Notes: generated from the letters alone by a model not told the origin. A DNA stretch of 64,000 bases from Gallionella sp. (GCA_017880865.1 JADGRL010000005.1:5740-69739); one strand, 5' to 3'; positions 1 to 13,059 are shown, counted from the stretch's first letter. Translations and numbers: made by a program.

Positions 1-743
1 CCCTTGGGTTCGATTACCATACGCACGTTATCGCCCTGCACAAAGGTATCCACGCCCTGCACCGGCGTGGCAAAGTCGGCCACATCCAGTTTGCGCTGCA
101 AATTGCTCGGCAAGCTGGTTTTAATAAAATCAACGATCAGCGTGGTGCCTTGTTGCCGGATGTCAATGCCAATACCAGGATCGGAAAGGTCGACCTGGAT
201 GCGCCCTTCGCCATTTTTACCGCGTCGAAAATCGATGTCGCGCAACCCATGCTTTTGCGTGCCTAGCTTTGCCTCGGCAAAACGCTCTACGGTACTGGTG
301 GCCGTTGCATCTATGGGCTTGCTATGCAGGGTGATCTGAAGGTTATTGCCATCAAGTTTGGTTTGATAAGTCAACATTTGATTAAGGTTGACCACCATGC
401 GGGTGCGGTTGCCAGCCTGAACAATATTGGCGCTGCGCAAATCCCCTTCGGTGAAATCCTGAACCGATTTACCCAAGCCGTTTGCTGTATTTGGAAAATC
501 GAACACGATGCGCGGCGGGGTATTGGTGGCAAATCCGGCTGGCAGATTCGCCAGCGGCTGCGCCAATTCAACCTTGATGACGGTCACCCCGTTACCGGTG
601 CTTACATTCAACGCGGTAATGCTGTTCTGCGTGCCGGCACCCGGTACGTCGGCGGCCTGTGCCTGCATACCAGACATACCCAAGGCGAGGATCAGACACA
701 GCAATCGAACCTTGCTCCTGATCACGTTATTTTGATGTTTCAT
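1..743 (-). CDS. pilQ: Type IV pilus secretin PilQ, N-terminal part (runs off window start)
   Basis: Manual minus-strand translation from ATG at 743 (MKHQNNVIRSKVRLLCLILALG...PPRIVFDFP...LRDIDFRRGKNGEGRIQVDL...RKLDVADFATPV); signal peptide, AMIN-like domains, follows pilP. Confidence 0.93.
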   Translation of the reverse strand, partial: MKHQNNVIRSKVRLLCLILALGMSGMQAQAADVPGAGTQNSITALNVSTGNGVTVIKVELAQPLANLPAGFATNTPPRIVFDFPNTANGLGKSVQDFTEGDLRSANIVQAGNRTRMVVNLNQMLTYQTKLDGNNLQITLHSKPIDATATSTVERFAEAKLGTQKHGLRDIDFRRGKNGEGRIQVDLSDPGIGIDIRQQGTTLIVDFIKTSLPSNLQRKLDVADFATPVQGVDTFVQGDNVRMVIEPK

Positions 744-758
744 TATTTTGCTCCTCAA

Positions 759-1265
759 TCATTCAATTAACTGCAGGCTGCTCATGCGCTCAGTCCAGTC
801 GCCTGCGCTGTCTTGAACCATCTCCTTGACTTTAACTTCGGTATCGGTCACTTCCTTGATTAAACCAAAATTCAAACCCATATGGTTACCGGCTTTAACC
901 CGATACAGCTTTGAATCGGAGGCGCGTATCACCGCATAGCCTACATTAGCCCGGTAAAGGTAACCGACCATTCTGAGACTTTCGAGTGGAAACTCTTCCA
1001 ATGCCTCTTTGGGGCGATCCAACTCTTTCTGGTCTATCCCGGCATTGGCAGCATGAGCCTCTTGCTTGCGCGGCTTGAACGGATCAGGCAGATTCTTTTC
1101 ATTGTTGTACGCGAAATATTCATAGGGCCTCACCTCCGGCGGAGGCTCTATTTTTCCGCGCATATCCGCACCGGAATTTTTAACGAAATCGCGCAAATCC
1201 TGAAATTCCTCGCCACCACACCCTGTCAGCAGGATCGAAGCCAGCACTAAATGGATCAGCTTCAT
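759..1265 (-). CDS. pilP: Type IV pilus assembly lipoprotein PilP
   Basis: LTGC lipobox, PDPF and 'KEALEEFPLESLRMVG' motifs; position in pilMNOPQ. Confidence 0.95.
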   Translation of the reverse strand: MKLIHLVLASILLTGCGGEEFQDLRDFVKNSGADMRGKIEPPPEVRPYEYFAYNNEKNLPDPFKPRKQEAHAANAGIDQKELDRPKEALEEFPLESLRMVGYLYRANVGYAVIRASDSKLYRVKAGNHMGLNFGLIKEVTDTEVKVKEMVQDSAGDWTERMSSLQLIE

Positions 1266-1894
1266 TTTTTCGCTCCCGCCTGCTTCTGCGCGGCCACTTC
1301 CGATTCATCCAGATAGCGGAAGGTCCTGGCTGTAGCGTCCATAGTCAAAACGGTTCCTGCAGGGGTTATCGATATGTCATTCAGCGTGACGATACGCGGC
1401 AACATCGCGATGTCACTGGAGAATTTTCCGATGTCATCATAATTTCCCGTCACCTTGATGCTGATCGGCTGCTCGGCAAATGATCCGCTCAACTTTTCGA
1501 CACCGGGGCGAAACAGGTCGAATAGCAAACCACGTCCCAAACCGGCTTGATTAATATCGGTCAATAACGCGTCCATTTCCGATTTACTGGGCAGCTGTTT
1601 GAGCAACGCGCCAAATGACTCCTGGGTTTCGGTAAGCTGCTTCTTGATCAAGTCGAGGTTGATCGCCTGCCGCTTCTTATTCAGAAAAGTTTCTTTCAAT
1701 TGCCCTTCTTCTAGCTTGACTTTGCTCAAATTATCCCATTCATCCTGCCAAAGCAGCAGCGCGCCCGCCACAACGACAGCTGAAAACATCAACACGCAAG
1801 CGAGCAACTTGGCCGGCCAGGGCCACGCGCCGGGAGTTTTCGGGTTCAGGTTCTTCAGATCGGCTAAATTCTTTTTCAGGTCATCCAAGTTCAT
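1262..1894 (-). CDS. pilO: Type IV pilus assembly protein PilO
   Basis: TM helix + coiled coil, 'LLKQLPSKSEMDALLTDINQAGLGRGL', 'LPRIVTL'. Confidence 0.95.
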   Translation of the reverse strand: MNLDDLKKNLADLKNLNPKTPGAWPWPAKLLACVLMFSAVVVAGALLLWQDEWDNLSKVKLEEGQLKETFLNKKRQAINLDLIKKQLTETQESFGALLKQLPSKSEMDALLTDINQAGLGRGLLFDLFRPGVEKLSGSFAEQPISIKVTGNYDDIGKFSSDIAMLPRIVTLNDISITPAGTVLTMDATARTFRYLDESEVAAQKQAGAKK

Positions 1895-1903
1895 CGTGAC
1901 ACC

Positions 1904-2494
1904 TTAATTCTTTCCAGCAACAGGTTTGGCGGGGGGCGCGGCAACCGCTGCCTCCGGCTTGGTCAAATTAAAATTCATCGTAAACTCGCTGATACGACCC
2001 GTGCCCGAACCGGAAGCATGTATTTCCACTAACGTGGGGGAATCCAGCCAAGGTGAATCCTCAACCGCCCGCATCAAGGTGGAAATGCGCGCGTTCGCCT
2101 GAGCATAACCCACCAGATTGATTCTATTGCCCGACTGCTTAAGCGTCTTGATATACACCCCATCCGGCAAGATTCGCAACATCTGATCCAGCAGATGCAC
2201 CACATCTGAACGCGTACTTTGCAAACCTTCCACGACATTCTTGCGTGCCAGCAAAGCCTGTGTTTGCTCACGGAGCTTATTGATTTCCTCAATTTGCTTG
2301 TCAAGAATCAGAGTTTGTTGTTTCAGGTAGGCATTGCGTCTTTCCTGATAGGATATTTGAGTGCCGATCGCGACCTGCACGAACCCCACCAACAGGGCGG
2401 CCAGCACCACGGCAATGACGCTGAACGCAATAAATTGAATTTGGCGAGCGCGTCGCTTTTCAGCACGATGCGGTAGTAGGTTTATGCGTATCAC
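1904..2494 (-). CDS. pilN: Type IV pilus assembly protein PilN
   Basis: 'INLLPHR' N-terminal motif; GTG start at 2494 overlaps pilM stop. Confidence 0.93.
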   Translation of the reverse strand: MIRINLLPHRAEKRRARQIQFIAFSVIAVVLAALLVGFVQVAIGTQISYQERRNAYLKQQTLILDKQIEEINKLREQTQALLARKNVVEGLQSTRSDVVHLLDQMLRILPDGVYIKTLKQSGNRINLVGYAQANARISTLMRAVEDSPWLDSPTLVEIHASGSGTGRISEFTMNFNLTKPEAAVAAPPAKPVAGKN

Positions 2495-3591
2495 GATGGG
2501 TCGAACCTCCGCATAGCCAGACCACAAGCGATAATCAATGAGGGCGCATCGGCTTGCAATTGCCGCGCCTTGATTCGACTCGATAGCGTCATCAAGGCAA
2601 ACGGGTTCGCCACCATGGTACTCACCTGAGTTCGGGTTGCCACCGCATCATCCAATCCGGGCAATGACGCACAACCTCCCGCAAGCACGATGTAATCCAC
2701 CTCGTGATATTGCGTCGTAGTAAAGAAAAACTGCATGGCACGAGCAATTTCCGTCACCAGGTTCTCACGAAAAGGCGACAAAACATCGCTCTCATAGTTA
2801 TCCGGCAATCCGCCATTGCGCTTAGCCGACTCAGCCTCCTCGGCAGACAGACCAAACACACTTTGAATCTGTTGCGTCAATTGCTCCCCCCCCACCTGCT
2901 GATCCCTTGAATATACTGATTGCCCATTACGCAACACATTGAAATTCATCACGTTCGCGCCAATATCGATAAGTGCCACACACTTATCTACCGCACCATC
3001 GGGGAGCTGATCGCGAATTTGCTCGAAGGCCAACTCGGCCGCATAGGGCTCAACATCCATCACAACCACTTTTAATCCGGAAATCTCGGCAGCAGCAACG
3101 CGATCCTCGACGTTCGCCTTGCGAGAAGCTGCCAACAATACTTCCAGCTCCTCGGGATTTTCAGGGGCGGGGCCCATCACCTGAAAATCGAGATTAACTT
3201 CTTCGAGTGCAAACGGAATGTACTGGTTAGCTTCAGATTCGACCTGAAATTCCAAATCCTCTTCGCGTAGACCAGCAGGCAAATATATCGTCTTGGTAAT
3301 CACCGCTGCCGCAGGTAGTGCCAAGCCTATATTTCTGATACGTGTTCCCATTCGCTTCCAAGCGCGTTGCATGCATTCCGAAACAGCTTCAAGATTATTA
3401 ATATTGCCGTCAGTGAGGGCATCTTTAGGCAACAACTCAATCACATACCGCTCAATAATGTATCCACCCTTTCTGGACGATTCACTCAACTCGACCATCT
3501 TGATTGATGACGCACTGATATCCACGCCAATCAGAGGCGGTGTTTTAGCCCACAAAAAGTCCAGAGGAATATCAAAATTTACTTTAAGCAT
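2491..3591 (-). CDS. pilM: Type IV pilus assembly protein PilM
   Basis: 'IGVDISASSIKMVEL', 'ANQYIPF', actin-like fold; divergent from PBP1A. Confidence 0.96.
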   Translation of the reverse strand: MLKVNFDIPLDFLWAKTPPLIGVDISASSIKMVELSESSRKGGYIIERYVIELLPKDALTDGNINNLEAVSECMQRAWKRMGTRIRNIGLALPAAAVITKTIYLPAGLREEDLEFQVESEANQYIPFALEEVNLDFQVMGPAPENPEELEVLLAASRKANVEDRVAAAEISGLKVVVMDVEPYAAELAFEQIRDQLPDGAVDKCVALIDIGANVMNFNVLRNGQSVYSRDQQVGGEQLTQQIQSVFGLSAEEAESAKRNGGLPDNYESDVLSPFRENLVTEIARAMQFFFTTTQYHEVDYIVLAGGCASLPGLDDAVATRTQVSTMVANPFALMTLSSRIKARQLQADAPSLIIACGLAMRRFDPS

Positions 3592-3741
3592 TGGCTGGTT
3601 AGCGCTCTATTTGTACAAATTGGTTTAAATCCTAGCAATAACTATAAATCGTGTAAAGCTATTTTTGGGGGTTATTTATATTCACAGAGCCGATATAATT
3701 CGGGACGCATCAACATTGTTACTTATTTCGGACTTCTGCAC

Positions 3742-6053
3742 ATGCCTTCCCGTCGCTGGCTTCTCCCTGTTCTTGTCACTCTAGCCCTTTTTTTGCTTCC
3801 CGCGATATTGCTGGGTTTGGCGGCCCTATTGGCTTATCCATCGCTGCCTTCGCTGGAAGCGCTCACTGATTATCGCCCCAAAATTCCTTTGCGCGTTTAC
3901 AGCGCGGAGGGGGTGCTGCTCAGTGAATTCGGTGAAGAGCGCCGTGCGCTGGTAAAAATCTCAGAAGTTCCCGAAGTTATGAAACAGGCCATCCTTGCCG
4001 CCGAGGACGACCGATTCTATGAACACGGCGGCGTGGATTACTCGGGTGTGCTGCGTGCCGCAATCTCCAACTTGACCTCTGGCGGAGCCAAACAGGGTGC
4101 CAGCACGATTACGATGCAGGTGGCCCGCAATTTTTTTCTCACCAAAGAAAAAACCCTAACGCGCAAATTTAATGAAGTGTTGCTCACCTTCAAAATCGAA
4201 CACAGCCTGAGCAAAGACGATATTTTGCAGCTTTATATCAACCAGATATATCTGGGCCAGCGTGCCTACGGCTTTGCCGCAGCCTCTCAGGTTTACTTTG
4301 GCAAACCTCTTGCCCAGGTCACGATTGCGGAAGCCGCGATGCTCGCCGGTTTGCCTAAAGCCCCCTCCTCCTTTAATCCGGTCGTCAATCCGAAGCGCGC
4401 CAAGCTGCGCCAGCTTTACGTTTTGCGCCGTATGCATGAGTTAAGCTATATTAATGATGAACAGTTGCTGCTTGCGCAACAACAACCCATTGTGACCATC
4501 CGTGCCAATCAGGAGTTCGGTGTCAAGTCAGATTACCTTGCAGAAATGGTCAGGCAGGCAGTTTATGAAAAATTCAAGGATGACACCTACACGCAAGGTT
4601 TCAAGGTTTACACCACGATTCGACAACAAGACCAGGTCGCCGCTTATCAAGCCGTCCGCACCGGCGTGCTGGATTATGACCGTCGCCAAGGCTACCGTGG
4701 TCCGGAAGGGTTTGTCGATTTGCACGGTGACAGCAGCAACATCGAGCTACTAGACGAAGCCCTGCAGGAAGCTGACGATGGTGATGATTTAATCCCCGCC
4801 GTGGTTCTGGCCGCCACACCCAAGCTGGTTAAAGCTTATTGCAAGGGTGGTGAAATGGTTGAGGTCAGCGGCGATGCATTGCTTTTCGCCCAGCCGGCTT
4901 TGAACAAGAAAGTCGCCTTGAACCAGCGCATTAATGCAGGCTCCATAATTCGATTGCGCAAGGATGATAAGGGCATCTGGCAAATAAGCCAGCTCCCGCA
5001 AGTCGAGGCCGCCTTTGTTTCCGGCGACCCGCGCAGTGGCGCTATTTACTCGCTGATCGGCGGCTTCGATTTTAATCACAACCAGTTCAACCATATCACT
5101 CAGGCATGGCGGCAACCGGGGTCGAGCTTTAAACCTTTTGTTTATTCCGCCGCACTGGAAAAAGGCTTCACCCCCGCCACGGTGATCAATGATGCGCCGC
5201 TGATTTTTGATGCGGAGCAAACCGGCAACGAGCCTTGGGAGCCGAAAAATTACGACGGGAAATTTGAAGGGCCGATGCGTATGCGGCAGGCTTTGATCAA
5301 ATCAAAAAATATGGTTTCGATCCGCATATTGCAATCCATCTCACCGCAATATGCAAAGGACTACATCACCAAGTTTGGCTTCGATGCCACCAAGTATCCG
5401 GCCTATCTGACCATGGCTCTGGGAGCCGGATCGGTGACACCGATGGAAATGTTGACCGGTTACTCGGTATTCGCTAACGGCGGTTTTTTGGTTAGTCCAT
5501 ATTTTATTCAGCGCGTCGAAGATGCACACGGCACCGTGATCAGTCAAACTACGCCTGAAGTGGCTGGAAATACTGCAAAACAGGTTATCGATGTGCGCAA
5601 TGCCTATACGATGGTCAGTATGATGCAGGACGTGGTCAAACACGGCACGGCCATTCGCGCAATGCAACTCGGGCGACATGATCTGGCCGGAAAAACCGGA
5701 ACCACCAATGACATGTTTGATGCCTGGTTTTGTGGCTTCCATCCGACCGTAGTCGGCATCTCCTGGATGGGCTACGACCAACCGCGCAGCCTGGGCGACA
5801 AGGAAACCGGCGGCGGTGCTGCCTTGCCGATCTGGATCGGCTACATGGAAAAAATACTCAAAGATGTGCCTGAGGCTGTCTATACGATGCCCGACAATAT
5901 GGTTGCGCTGCACATCAACGAAGCAGGGTACCGTGATGAAAACAGTTCCCGGATCGAATACTTTTATCAGGAAAATGTGCCGCCCGAACATGCCATGCCT
6001 GCACCCAACGAAACTATAAAACCGGCAGACACGGTTAAGGATCAGCTGCTCTG

Positions 6054-6054
<1 letters not shown>
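3742..6054 (+). CDS. mrcA: Penicillin-binding protein 1A
   Basis: Transglycosylase motifs (EDDRFYEH, GASTITMQVARN) and transpeptidase SSFK, SKN, KTGT. Confidence 0.97.
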
Positions 6055-7676
<1,622 letters not shown>

Positions 7677-7724
7677 CTATTCGTTACTCTTCATGGAACT
7701 ATTTTAGAAACGTCTTATCTGATG

Positions 7725-7831
7725 CTTTGTGCGATGAAAGTCGTTCCACGTTTCTCCTCCCTGAGCGTGTGCCTTAACCTTGTTAAGGCTTTGTCCCCGG
7801 CCTTCCTCCCCTTGGCCGGGGACATTTTTTT
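7725..7831 (+). ncRNA. Candidate small RNA with anti-SD motifs and intrinsic terminator
   Basis: CTCCTCCC (7754-7761), hairpin GCCTTAAC/GTTAAGGC, 11-bp terminator stem with TTCCTCCCCTT loop and T7; opposite strand to both flanking genes; 5' end is a guess. Confidence 0.5.
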
Positions 7832-7833
7832 GG

Positions 7834-8463
7834 CTATTCTGATTCCAGTTGGTTCACATCAGCTAAATCATCCGCATCGAACCAACCTGCAATCACCGCC
7901 TCAGCCTCTTCGAGGCCGATCTTCTTCAGGCTGGAAAACAGCTGCACGGTGCACTGCGGAAAATGCTCGGTTAGATGAGCTTTGACGCTAAACAGCGTCT
8001 TCGTCGCCTCTTGGCGGCTGAGCTTGTCAGACTTGGTTAGCAGGATATGCACCGGTTTGCCGGTCGGTGCGAACCAGTCCAGCATACCCTCGTCCCGTTC
8101 AGTCAGCGGATGTCGCGAATCCATGATCACCACCAGACCGCATAACTCCTCGCGGGTTTTCAGGTACTGGCTCAGCAGTTGTTCCCAGTGCCTCTGCACA
8201 TCGGGCGGCACTTTGGCATAGCCGTAGCCGGGCAAATCCACCAGAAATTTATTTTTACCCAGCGAAAAATAATTCAGATGCTGGGTGCGCCCCGGTGTCT
8301 TGCTGGTATAGGCCAGTCGCACATGGTTCGCCAGCGTATTGATCGCGCTCGACTTGCCCGCGTTGGAGCGCCCGACGAACGCGACTTCACGGCCGCCATG
8401 CAGCGGCAAATCCTTTATATGGTTTACGGTGGTAAAGAACGCCGCTTGTGAAAAAAGTCCCAT
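7834..8463 (-). CDS. engB: Ribosome biogenesis GTPase YihA/EngB
   Basis: GRSNAGKSS, 'SKTPGRT', DLPGYG, TKSDKL; ATG at 8463 overlaps hemL stop. Confidence 0.96.
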   Translation of the reverse strand: MGLFSQAAFFTTVNHIKDLPLHGGREVAFVGRSNAGKSSAINTLANHVRLAYTSKTPGRTQHLNYFSLGKNKFLVDLPGYGYAKVPPDVQRHWEQLLSQYLKTREELCGLVVIMDSRHPLTERDEGMLDWFAPTGKPVHILLTKSDKLSRQEATKTLFSVKAHLTEHFPQCTVQLFSSLKKIGLEEAEAVIAGWFDADDLADVNQLESE

Positions 8464-9746
8464 TACTTCCAGACCGCAAAAATCTTGTCTGCGGCCGACA
8501 CTGTCGCGGCAATGTCTGCCTCGGTGTGGGCGGAGGAAACGAAACCCGCCTCGAAGGCCGACGGCGCGAGATACACGCCCGCTTCCAGCATCGCGTGGAA
8601 GAAACGATTGAACGCTTCCTTGTCGCAGCTCATCACCTCGGCATAACTGGTGGGCAAAGCCTTGCTGAAATACAAACCGAACATGCCGCCGACCGATTGC
8701 GCGCAAAACGGAACGCCGTGTTTTTTAGCGCTGGCCGACAAGCCTTCGGTCAGCTGTTTGGCCAGTTTGGACAGGTTTTCGTAAAAGCCCTTAGCCTGCA
8801 CGAGCTTGAGCGTAGCCATTCCAGCCGCCACCGCCACCGGATTGCCGGACAGTGTGCCAGCCTGATAGACCGCGCCGAGCGGAGCCAGGCATTGCATGAT
8901 GTCGCGCCGCCCGCCAAAAGCCGCCGCAGGCAGACCGCCGCCCATCACTTTGCCCAGCGTCACCAGATCCGGCTTGATGCCGTAATAACCTTGCGCACCT
9001 TGCAGGCTGACGCGAAAACCCGTCATCACCTCGTCCAATATCAGCACCGCGCCATGCTTGGTGCACAGGCTGCGCATCGCATCCAGGAACTCGCGCTTGG
9101 GGGCGATCAGATTCATGTTGCCAGCTACCGGCTCGACGATCACGGCGGCAATTTCGTTGCCCATCTCGGCGAATGCTTTTTCCAGTCCGTCCGCATCGTT
9201 GTAATCGAGCACCGTGGTCAGCGCGGCGATCTCGGTGGGCACACCGGACGAACTCGGCTGGCCGAACGTCAGCGCACCAGAACCGGCCTTGACCAGCAGG
9301 CCGTCGGAATGGCCGTGGTAGCAGCCTTCAAATTTGATAATGCGCGAACGCCCGGTAAAGCCGCGTGCCAGGCGTATCGCGGTCATCGTGGCTTCGGTGC
9401 CGGAACTCACCAGACGCACCATTTCTAGACTCGGCAGTAGCTTGCACAGCAACTCCGCCATATCCAGCTCAGCCGCCGTCGGCGCGCCGAATCCCAAACC
9501 TTGCGCTGCCGCATCCTGCACCGCCTTGACCACGTCGGGATGGCAATGCCCTACGATCATCGGCCCCCATGAACCGACGTAATCGGTATAGCGTTTGCCA
9601 TCGGCATCCCAAACATAAGCACCTTGGCCGCGCTGTAAAAACAGCGGTGTGCCGCCCACTGAACGAAACGCGCGCACCGGCGAATTCACCCCGCCCGGAA
9701 TGACTTTTTGGGATTGATCGAATAGTTTTTGATTAAGCGAAGTCAT
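8463..9746 (-). CDS. hemL: Glutamate-1-semialdehyde 2,1-aminomutase
   Basis: '[12 protein letters not shown]', 'DEVMTGFR', '[11 protein letters not shown]', 'QAGTLSGNP'. Confidence 0.98.
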   Translation of the reverse strand: MTSLNQKLFDQSQKVIPGGVNSPVRAFRSVGGTPLFLQRGQGAYVWDADGKRYTDYVGSWGPMIVGHCHPDVVKAVQDAAAQGLGFGAPTAAELDMAELLCKLLPSLEMVRLVSSGTEATMTAIRLARGFTGRSRIIKFEGCYHGHSDGLLVKAGSGALTFGQPSSSGVPTEIAALTTVLDYNDADGLEKAFAEMGNEIAAVIVEPVAGNMNLIAPKREFLDAMRSLCTKHGAVLILDEVMTGFRVSLQGAQGYYGIKPDLVTLGKVMGGGLPAAAFGGRRDIMQCLAPLGAVYQAGTLSGNPVAVAAGMATLKLVQAKGFYENLSKLAKQLTEGLSASAKKHGVPFCAQSVGGMFGLYFSKALPTSYAEVMSCDKEAFNRFFHAMLEAGVYLAPSAFEAGFVSSAHTEADIAATVSAADKIFAVWK

Positions 9747-9771
9747 GTTGCGTCTTTCTACCAAAATAATT

Positions 9772-10422
9772 TTATTGAAACTTCAAATTTGAAAACTGCC
9801 GCGCCGCATCCTGAATATCCGGCACGCTGAACACCGCCGAAATCACCGCCAGCGCATCCGCACCCGCTTCCAGCAACTGCGCTCCGTTGTGTGCCGTGAT
9901 GCCGCCTATCGCAACCTTGGGCACCGCAATCTCGCGCTGCGCCTGCCGCAATAAATCAAGCGAGGCTGCCACGGCCTCCGGCTTCACCGTCGAGGCAAAG
10001 AAGCTGCCAAACGCCACGTAATCCGCGCCCAGCCGGACTGCCTCATGCGCCAGTGCAATACGATTATAACAAGATACGCCGATGAGCTTGGCGCTGCCCA
10101 ATACCGCGCGCGCCGCGGCCACGCTGCCATCTTCACCGCCCAGATGCACGCCATCGGCATCGGCTAGCTTAGCCAGCAGCACATTGTCATTGATGATCAA
10201 CGGCACTGAGAATTCATTTGTCAATTTACGCAACGCAATCGCCTGTTCCTGACGCAGGCCTGCATCAGCGGTCTTGTTGCGATACTGCAAAACCCGCGCA
10301 CCACCCTGTAAAACCAGACGCACTTTACGCAACAACTGTGCCGTATCCGGCTCGTCCGGCGTTATTGCATACAAGCCGCCAATCACCCGTTGAGCAACGC
10401 GCCCCGATTCGACTCTTCCCAC
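9772..10422 (-). CDS. thiE: Thiamine-phosphate synthase
   Basis: 'LYAITPD', 'QYRNK', 'IINDN', 'DGVHLG', 'VAIGGI'. Confidence 0.94.
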   Translation of the reverse strand: MGRVESGRVAQRVIGGLYAITPDEPDTAQLLRKVRLVLQGGARVLQYRNKTADAGLRQEQAIALRKLTNEFSVPLIINDNVLLAKLADADGVHLGGEDGSVAAARAVLGSAKLIGVSCYNRIALAHEAVRLGADYVAFGSFFASTVKPEAVAASLDLLRQAQREIAVPKVAIGGITAHNGAQLLEAGADALAVISAVFSVPDIQDAARQFSNLKFQ

Positions 10423-10448
10423 CGTTCAGCCTCTGCTCAAACCTGCCG

Positions 10449-11297
10449 TCAATTCAGACGTTCAGGCTGGGGTTCATCTTCATCATCCTCTTCACCACGC
10501 GCCCAAAACAGTCGGTCCGGAATATGCTGGCCCATGCCGGGACGGAAACCCGCATTCAAGGTTTGCCAAGTGTATTCCTGCGCCTCCTTGACTGCCTCCG
10601 GCACATCCACGCCCTGCGCCAGCAACGCGGCAATCGCGGCGGACAAGGTGCAACCCGATCCGTGATAAATCCCCGGCAGACGCGCCCAGCTGTCGCTGCT
10701 GACGACCCCGTGCTCGTTGTACAAGGTATTGATGACCTTGGGCGTTTGTTCATGCGTGCCGGTGATCAGCACATACTCGCAACCCATGCGCAAAATGCGT
10801 TTGGCGCATTCCTCAAGCGAGGGATCATCCTCTTCATTGTCTTCATCCAGCGCGAGGCGGCGCGCCTCCATGCTGTTCGGCGTAAGGATCGTGGCCTGCG
10901 GAATCAGCAATTCGCGCATCGCGTCCAGCATGTCGTCATTCGCCAATTCGTCGCCGCGCCCCGATGCCAGCACCGGGTCCAGCACCAGCGGAATATCGGG
11001 GTAATCCGACAACACCTCGGCAATCGCCGCGATGTTTTCCACACTGCCCAGCAACCCGATCTTGAATGCCGCCACCGGCACATCTTCGAGCATCGCGCGC
11101 GCCTGATCCTCCACCCATTCCGGGTCGATCGGCAACACATCGTCCACCCCGCTGGTGTCCTGCACGGTAATCGCCGTGACCACCGACAACGGATGACAAC
11201 CCATGCTGGAAATGGTCAACAGATCGGCCTGCAAGCCCGCACCCCCGCTAGGGTCGGTTGCGGCGAAACTCATTACTAAAGGAAATGTTTCGGACAT
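10449..11297 (-). CDS. thiD: Hydroxymethylpyrimidine/phosphomethylpyrimidine kinase
   Basis: 'DPSGGAGLQADL', 'LDPVLASG', 'YHGSGCTLSAAIAA'. Confidence 0.92.
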   Translation of the reverse strand: MSETFPLVMSFAATDPSGGAGLQADLLTISSMGCHPLSVVTAITVQDTSGVDDVLPIDPEWVEDQARAMLEDVPVAAFKIGLLGSVENIAAIAEVLSDYPDIPLVLDPVLASGRGDELANDDMLDAMRELLIPQATILTPNSMEARRLALDEDNEEDDPSLEECAKRILRMGCEYVLITGTHEQTPKVINTLYNEHGVVSSDSWARLPGIYHGSGCTLSAAIAALLAQGVDVPEAVKEAQEYTWQTLNAGFRPGMGQHIPDRLFWARGEEDDEDEPQPERLN

Positions 11298-11396
11298 GAT
11301 ATTTGGCAAGTGTTGATAGGCGCGACGAATCGGCATTTTACCCTATATGATAGCGACTTCCGAACACAAAAATAATTTCAACCTGAAGGGATTCTG

Positions 11397-11777
11397 ATGC
11401 GCATTCTCCACACCATGCTGCGCGTAGTCGATCTTGAAAAATCGCTCGCTTTTTATATCGGCGTGCTCGGCATGAAATTGCTGCGCCGCACCGACTACCC
11501 GGACGGAAAATTTACGCTGGCTTTTGTCGGCTTCACCGACGAGGATCACGGCGCGGTGATCGAACTCACCCACAACTGGGGCGTTGAAAAATATGAGATT
11601 GGCAATGCCTACGGCCACATCGCGATCGAAGTGGAAGACGCTTATGCTGCCTGTGAAAAGATCAAACAGCGCGGCGGCAAAGTGGCGCGCGAAGCGGGGC
11701 CGATGAAACACGGCAGCACGGTGATTGCGTTTGTCGAAGACCCGGATGGATACAGAGTTGAATTGATTCAGAAGTAG
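11397..11777 (+). CDS. gloA: Lactoylglutathione lyase (glyoxalase I)
   Basis: '[10 protein letters not shown]', 'IELTHNWG', 'YGHIAI', '[10 protein letters not shown]'. Confidence 0.97.
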   Translation: MRILHTMLRVVDLEKSLAFYIGVLGMKLLRRTDYPDGKFTLAFVGFTDEDHGAVIELTHNWGVEKYEIGNAYGHIAIEVEDAYAACEKIKQRGGKVAREAGPMKHGSTVIAFVEDPDGYRVELIQK

Positions 11778-11794
11778 CTAGGGCCGTTCGCCCT

Positions 11795-11997
11795 GATAAC
11801 CAGCGTTGGCTATCGTCGTTTGATAGCCTAGTCGAATGGCTAGTTGTTTCATCAGCCTGTCGAAGGGTTGCCGTCATTCCCGCGAAGGCGGGAATCCAGA
11901 CATTAAAGACAACTTCGCCGGTGGTAGACCGGCAGCTAGTCACTTTTTCTTGCTTCGCCAAAGAAAAAGTAACCAAAAAGAAGGCTAGCCGTTCCGC
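11795..11997. repeat. Composite of several short dispersed palindromic repeats
   Basis: 11795-11849 matches 20200-20255 (reverse strand); CGTCATTCCCGCGAAGGCGGGAATCCAG at ~11872-11899; ACAACTTCGCCGGTGGTAG matches ~25105-25123; CTTTTTCTTGCTTCGCCAAAGAAAAAG hairpin; partial CTAGCCGTTCC at ~11985. Confidence 0.8.
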
Positions 11998-12120
11998 AAA
12001 GGTGTGTAAAAACTACGGGATTTTATCTGGGTATCTGAAATGATTACCATACTAAGATTCCGTGCGAAAAAACATTACTCAGAAATTGGCGTACCAACAT
12101 TGAAAGTTGTGGGGTGTAGA

Positions 12121-12358
12121 ATGATTGCGCCTTATCAACTCTGGAGTTTGCAGGATATGCTTAACCTTCCGATTGGGAGACTATTTTCAAGAGTTATACG
12201 CTCGTTTGGATGCCATCAAGGATGCGTGGAGGAATATCACTATGCATGTAGATAGTACTTATACAGAGCAAGAGTCAAAAGTCTTATTTGAGAATACGTG
12301 CGCACTTATGAAGAAGATTGCTTTACGGATGGACGACCAAGGTCTTCCACTTGCTTAG
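12121..12358 (+). pseudogene. Remnant of a hypothetical protein gene, N- and C-terminal pieces in different frames
   Basis: 'MIAPYQLWSLQDML' in one frame; 'DAIKDAWRNITMHVDSTYTEQESKVLFENT' (HEPN-like RNxxxH) in another. Confidence 0.4.
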
Positions 12359-12472
12359 GTTTCTGAATTATTCCAACGACACGTTCAGAAATAAATAATA
12401 TCTTTCAGGCTAAACCCCCGGCATCATAGATGCGCGGGGGGTATTGTTTAACGAAGCCGATAAGAACCAGAC

Positions 12473-12757
12473 TTAAACACTTGCATGCAGTTTTACGCCT
12501 AATGCCTTCGTAACTTTCAGAATAGTGTCGAAGCTTGGGACTCTCTCACCAGAAAGTGATTTATACAAACTCTCGCGAGAGAGTCCTGTTTTCTCGGCAA
12601 CTTGAGCCATGCCTTGAGCGCGAGCAATATCCCCGAGAGCCTTGGCAATGAAAGCTGCGTCACCATTAGATTCCTCGAAGCAAGCATCCAGATACATCGC
12701 CATTTCTTCCGGCGTACGAAGATGTTCTGCCACGTCATAGCGTGTAGTTGTGATCAT
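12473..12757 (-). CDS. Addiction-module antidote protein (HI1420-like HTH antitoxin)
   Basis: 'YDVAEHLRTPEEMAMYL...ALGDIARAQGMAQVAEKTGLSRESLYKSLSG...PSFDTILKV'. Confidence 0.9.
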   Translation of the reverse strand: MITTTRYDVAEHLRTPEEMAMYLDACFEESNGDAAFIAKALGDIARAQGMAQVAEKTGLSRESLYKSLSGERVPSFDTILKVTKALGVKLHASV

Positions 12758-13059
12758 ATTTCGATCTCCTTTAACTTTGAAGCCAAGTCCAACGCTGTTT
12801 TAATATCTGCTGCTTGTGATCGCTTGTCGCCACCTGCAAGAAGAATAATTAATACATCGCCGCGCTTGGCAAAATAGACTCGGTAACCGGGCCCATAGTC
12901 GATACGCATTTCGGATACGCCAGCACCAATGGGTTTTACATCCCCTGCATTGCCAGCCCTGAGTCTTTCGACTCTAGCCAAAATTCGCATCCGTGCTTGC
13001 ATGTCGCGAAGCCCGTCAATCCAGTTGGCATATTTCTCTGTTTTGCGAATTTCGACCAT
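12754..13059 (-). CDS. RelE/ParE-superfamily toxin (HI1419/HigB-like)
   Basis: 'GNAGDVKPIGAGVSEMRIDYGPGYRVYF...LLAGGDKRSQAADI'; coupled to antidote. Confidence 0.9.
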   Translation of the reverse strand: MVEIRKTEKYANWIDGLRDMQARMRILARVERLRAGNAGDVKPIGAGVSEMRIDYGPGYRVYFAKRGDVLIILLAGGDKRSQAADIKTALDLASKLKEIEI

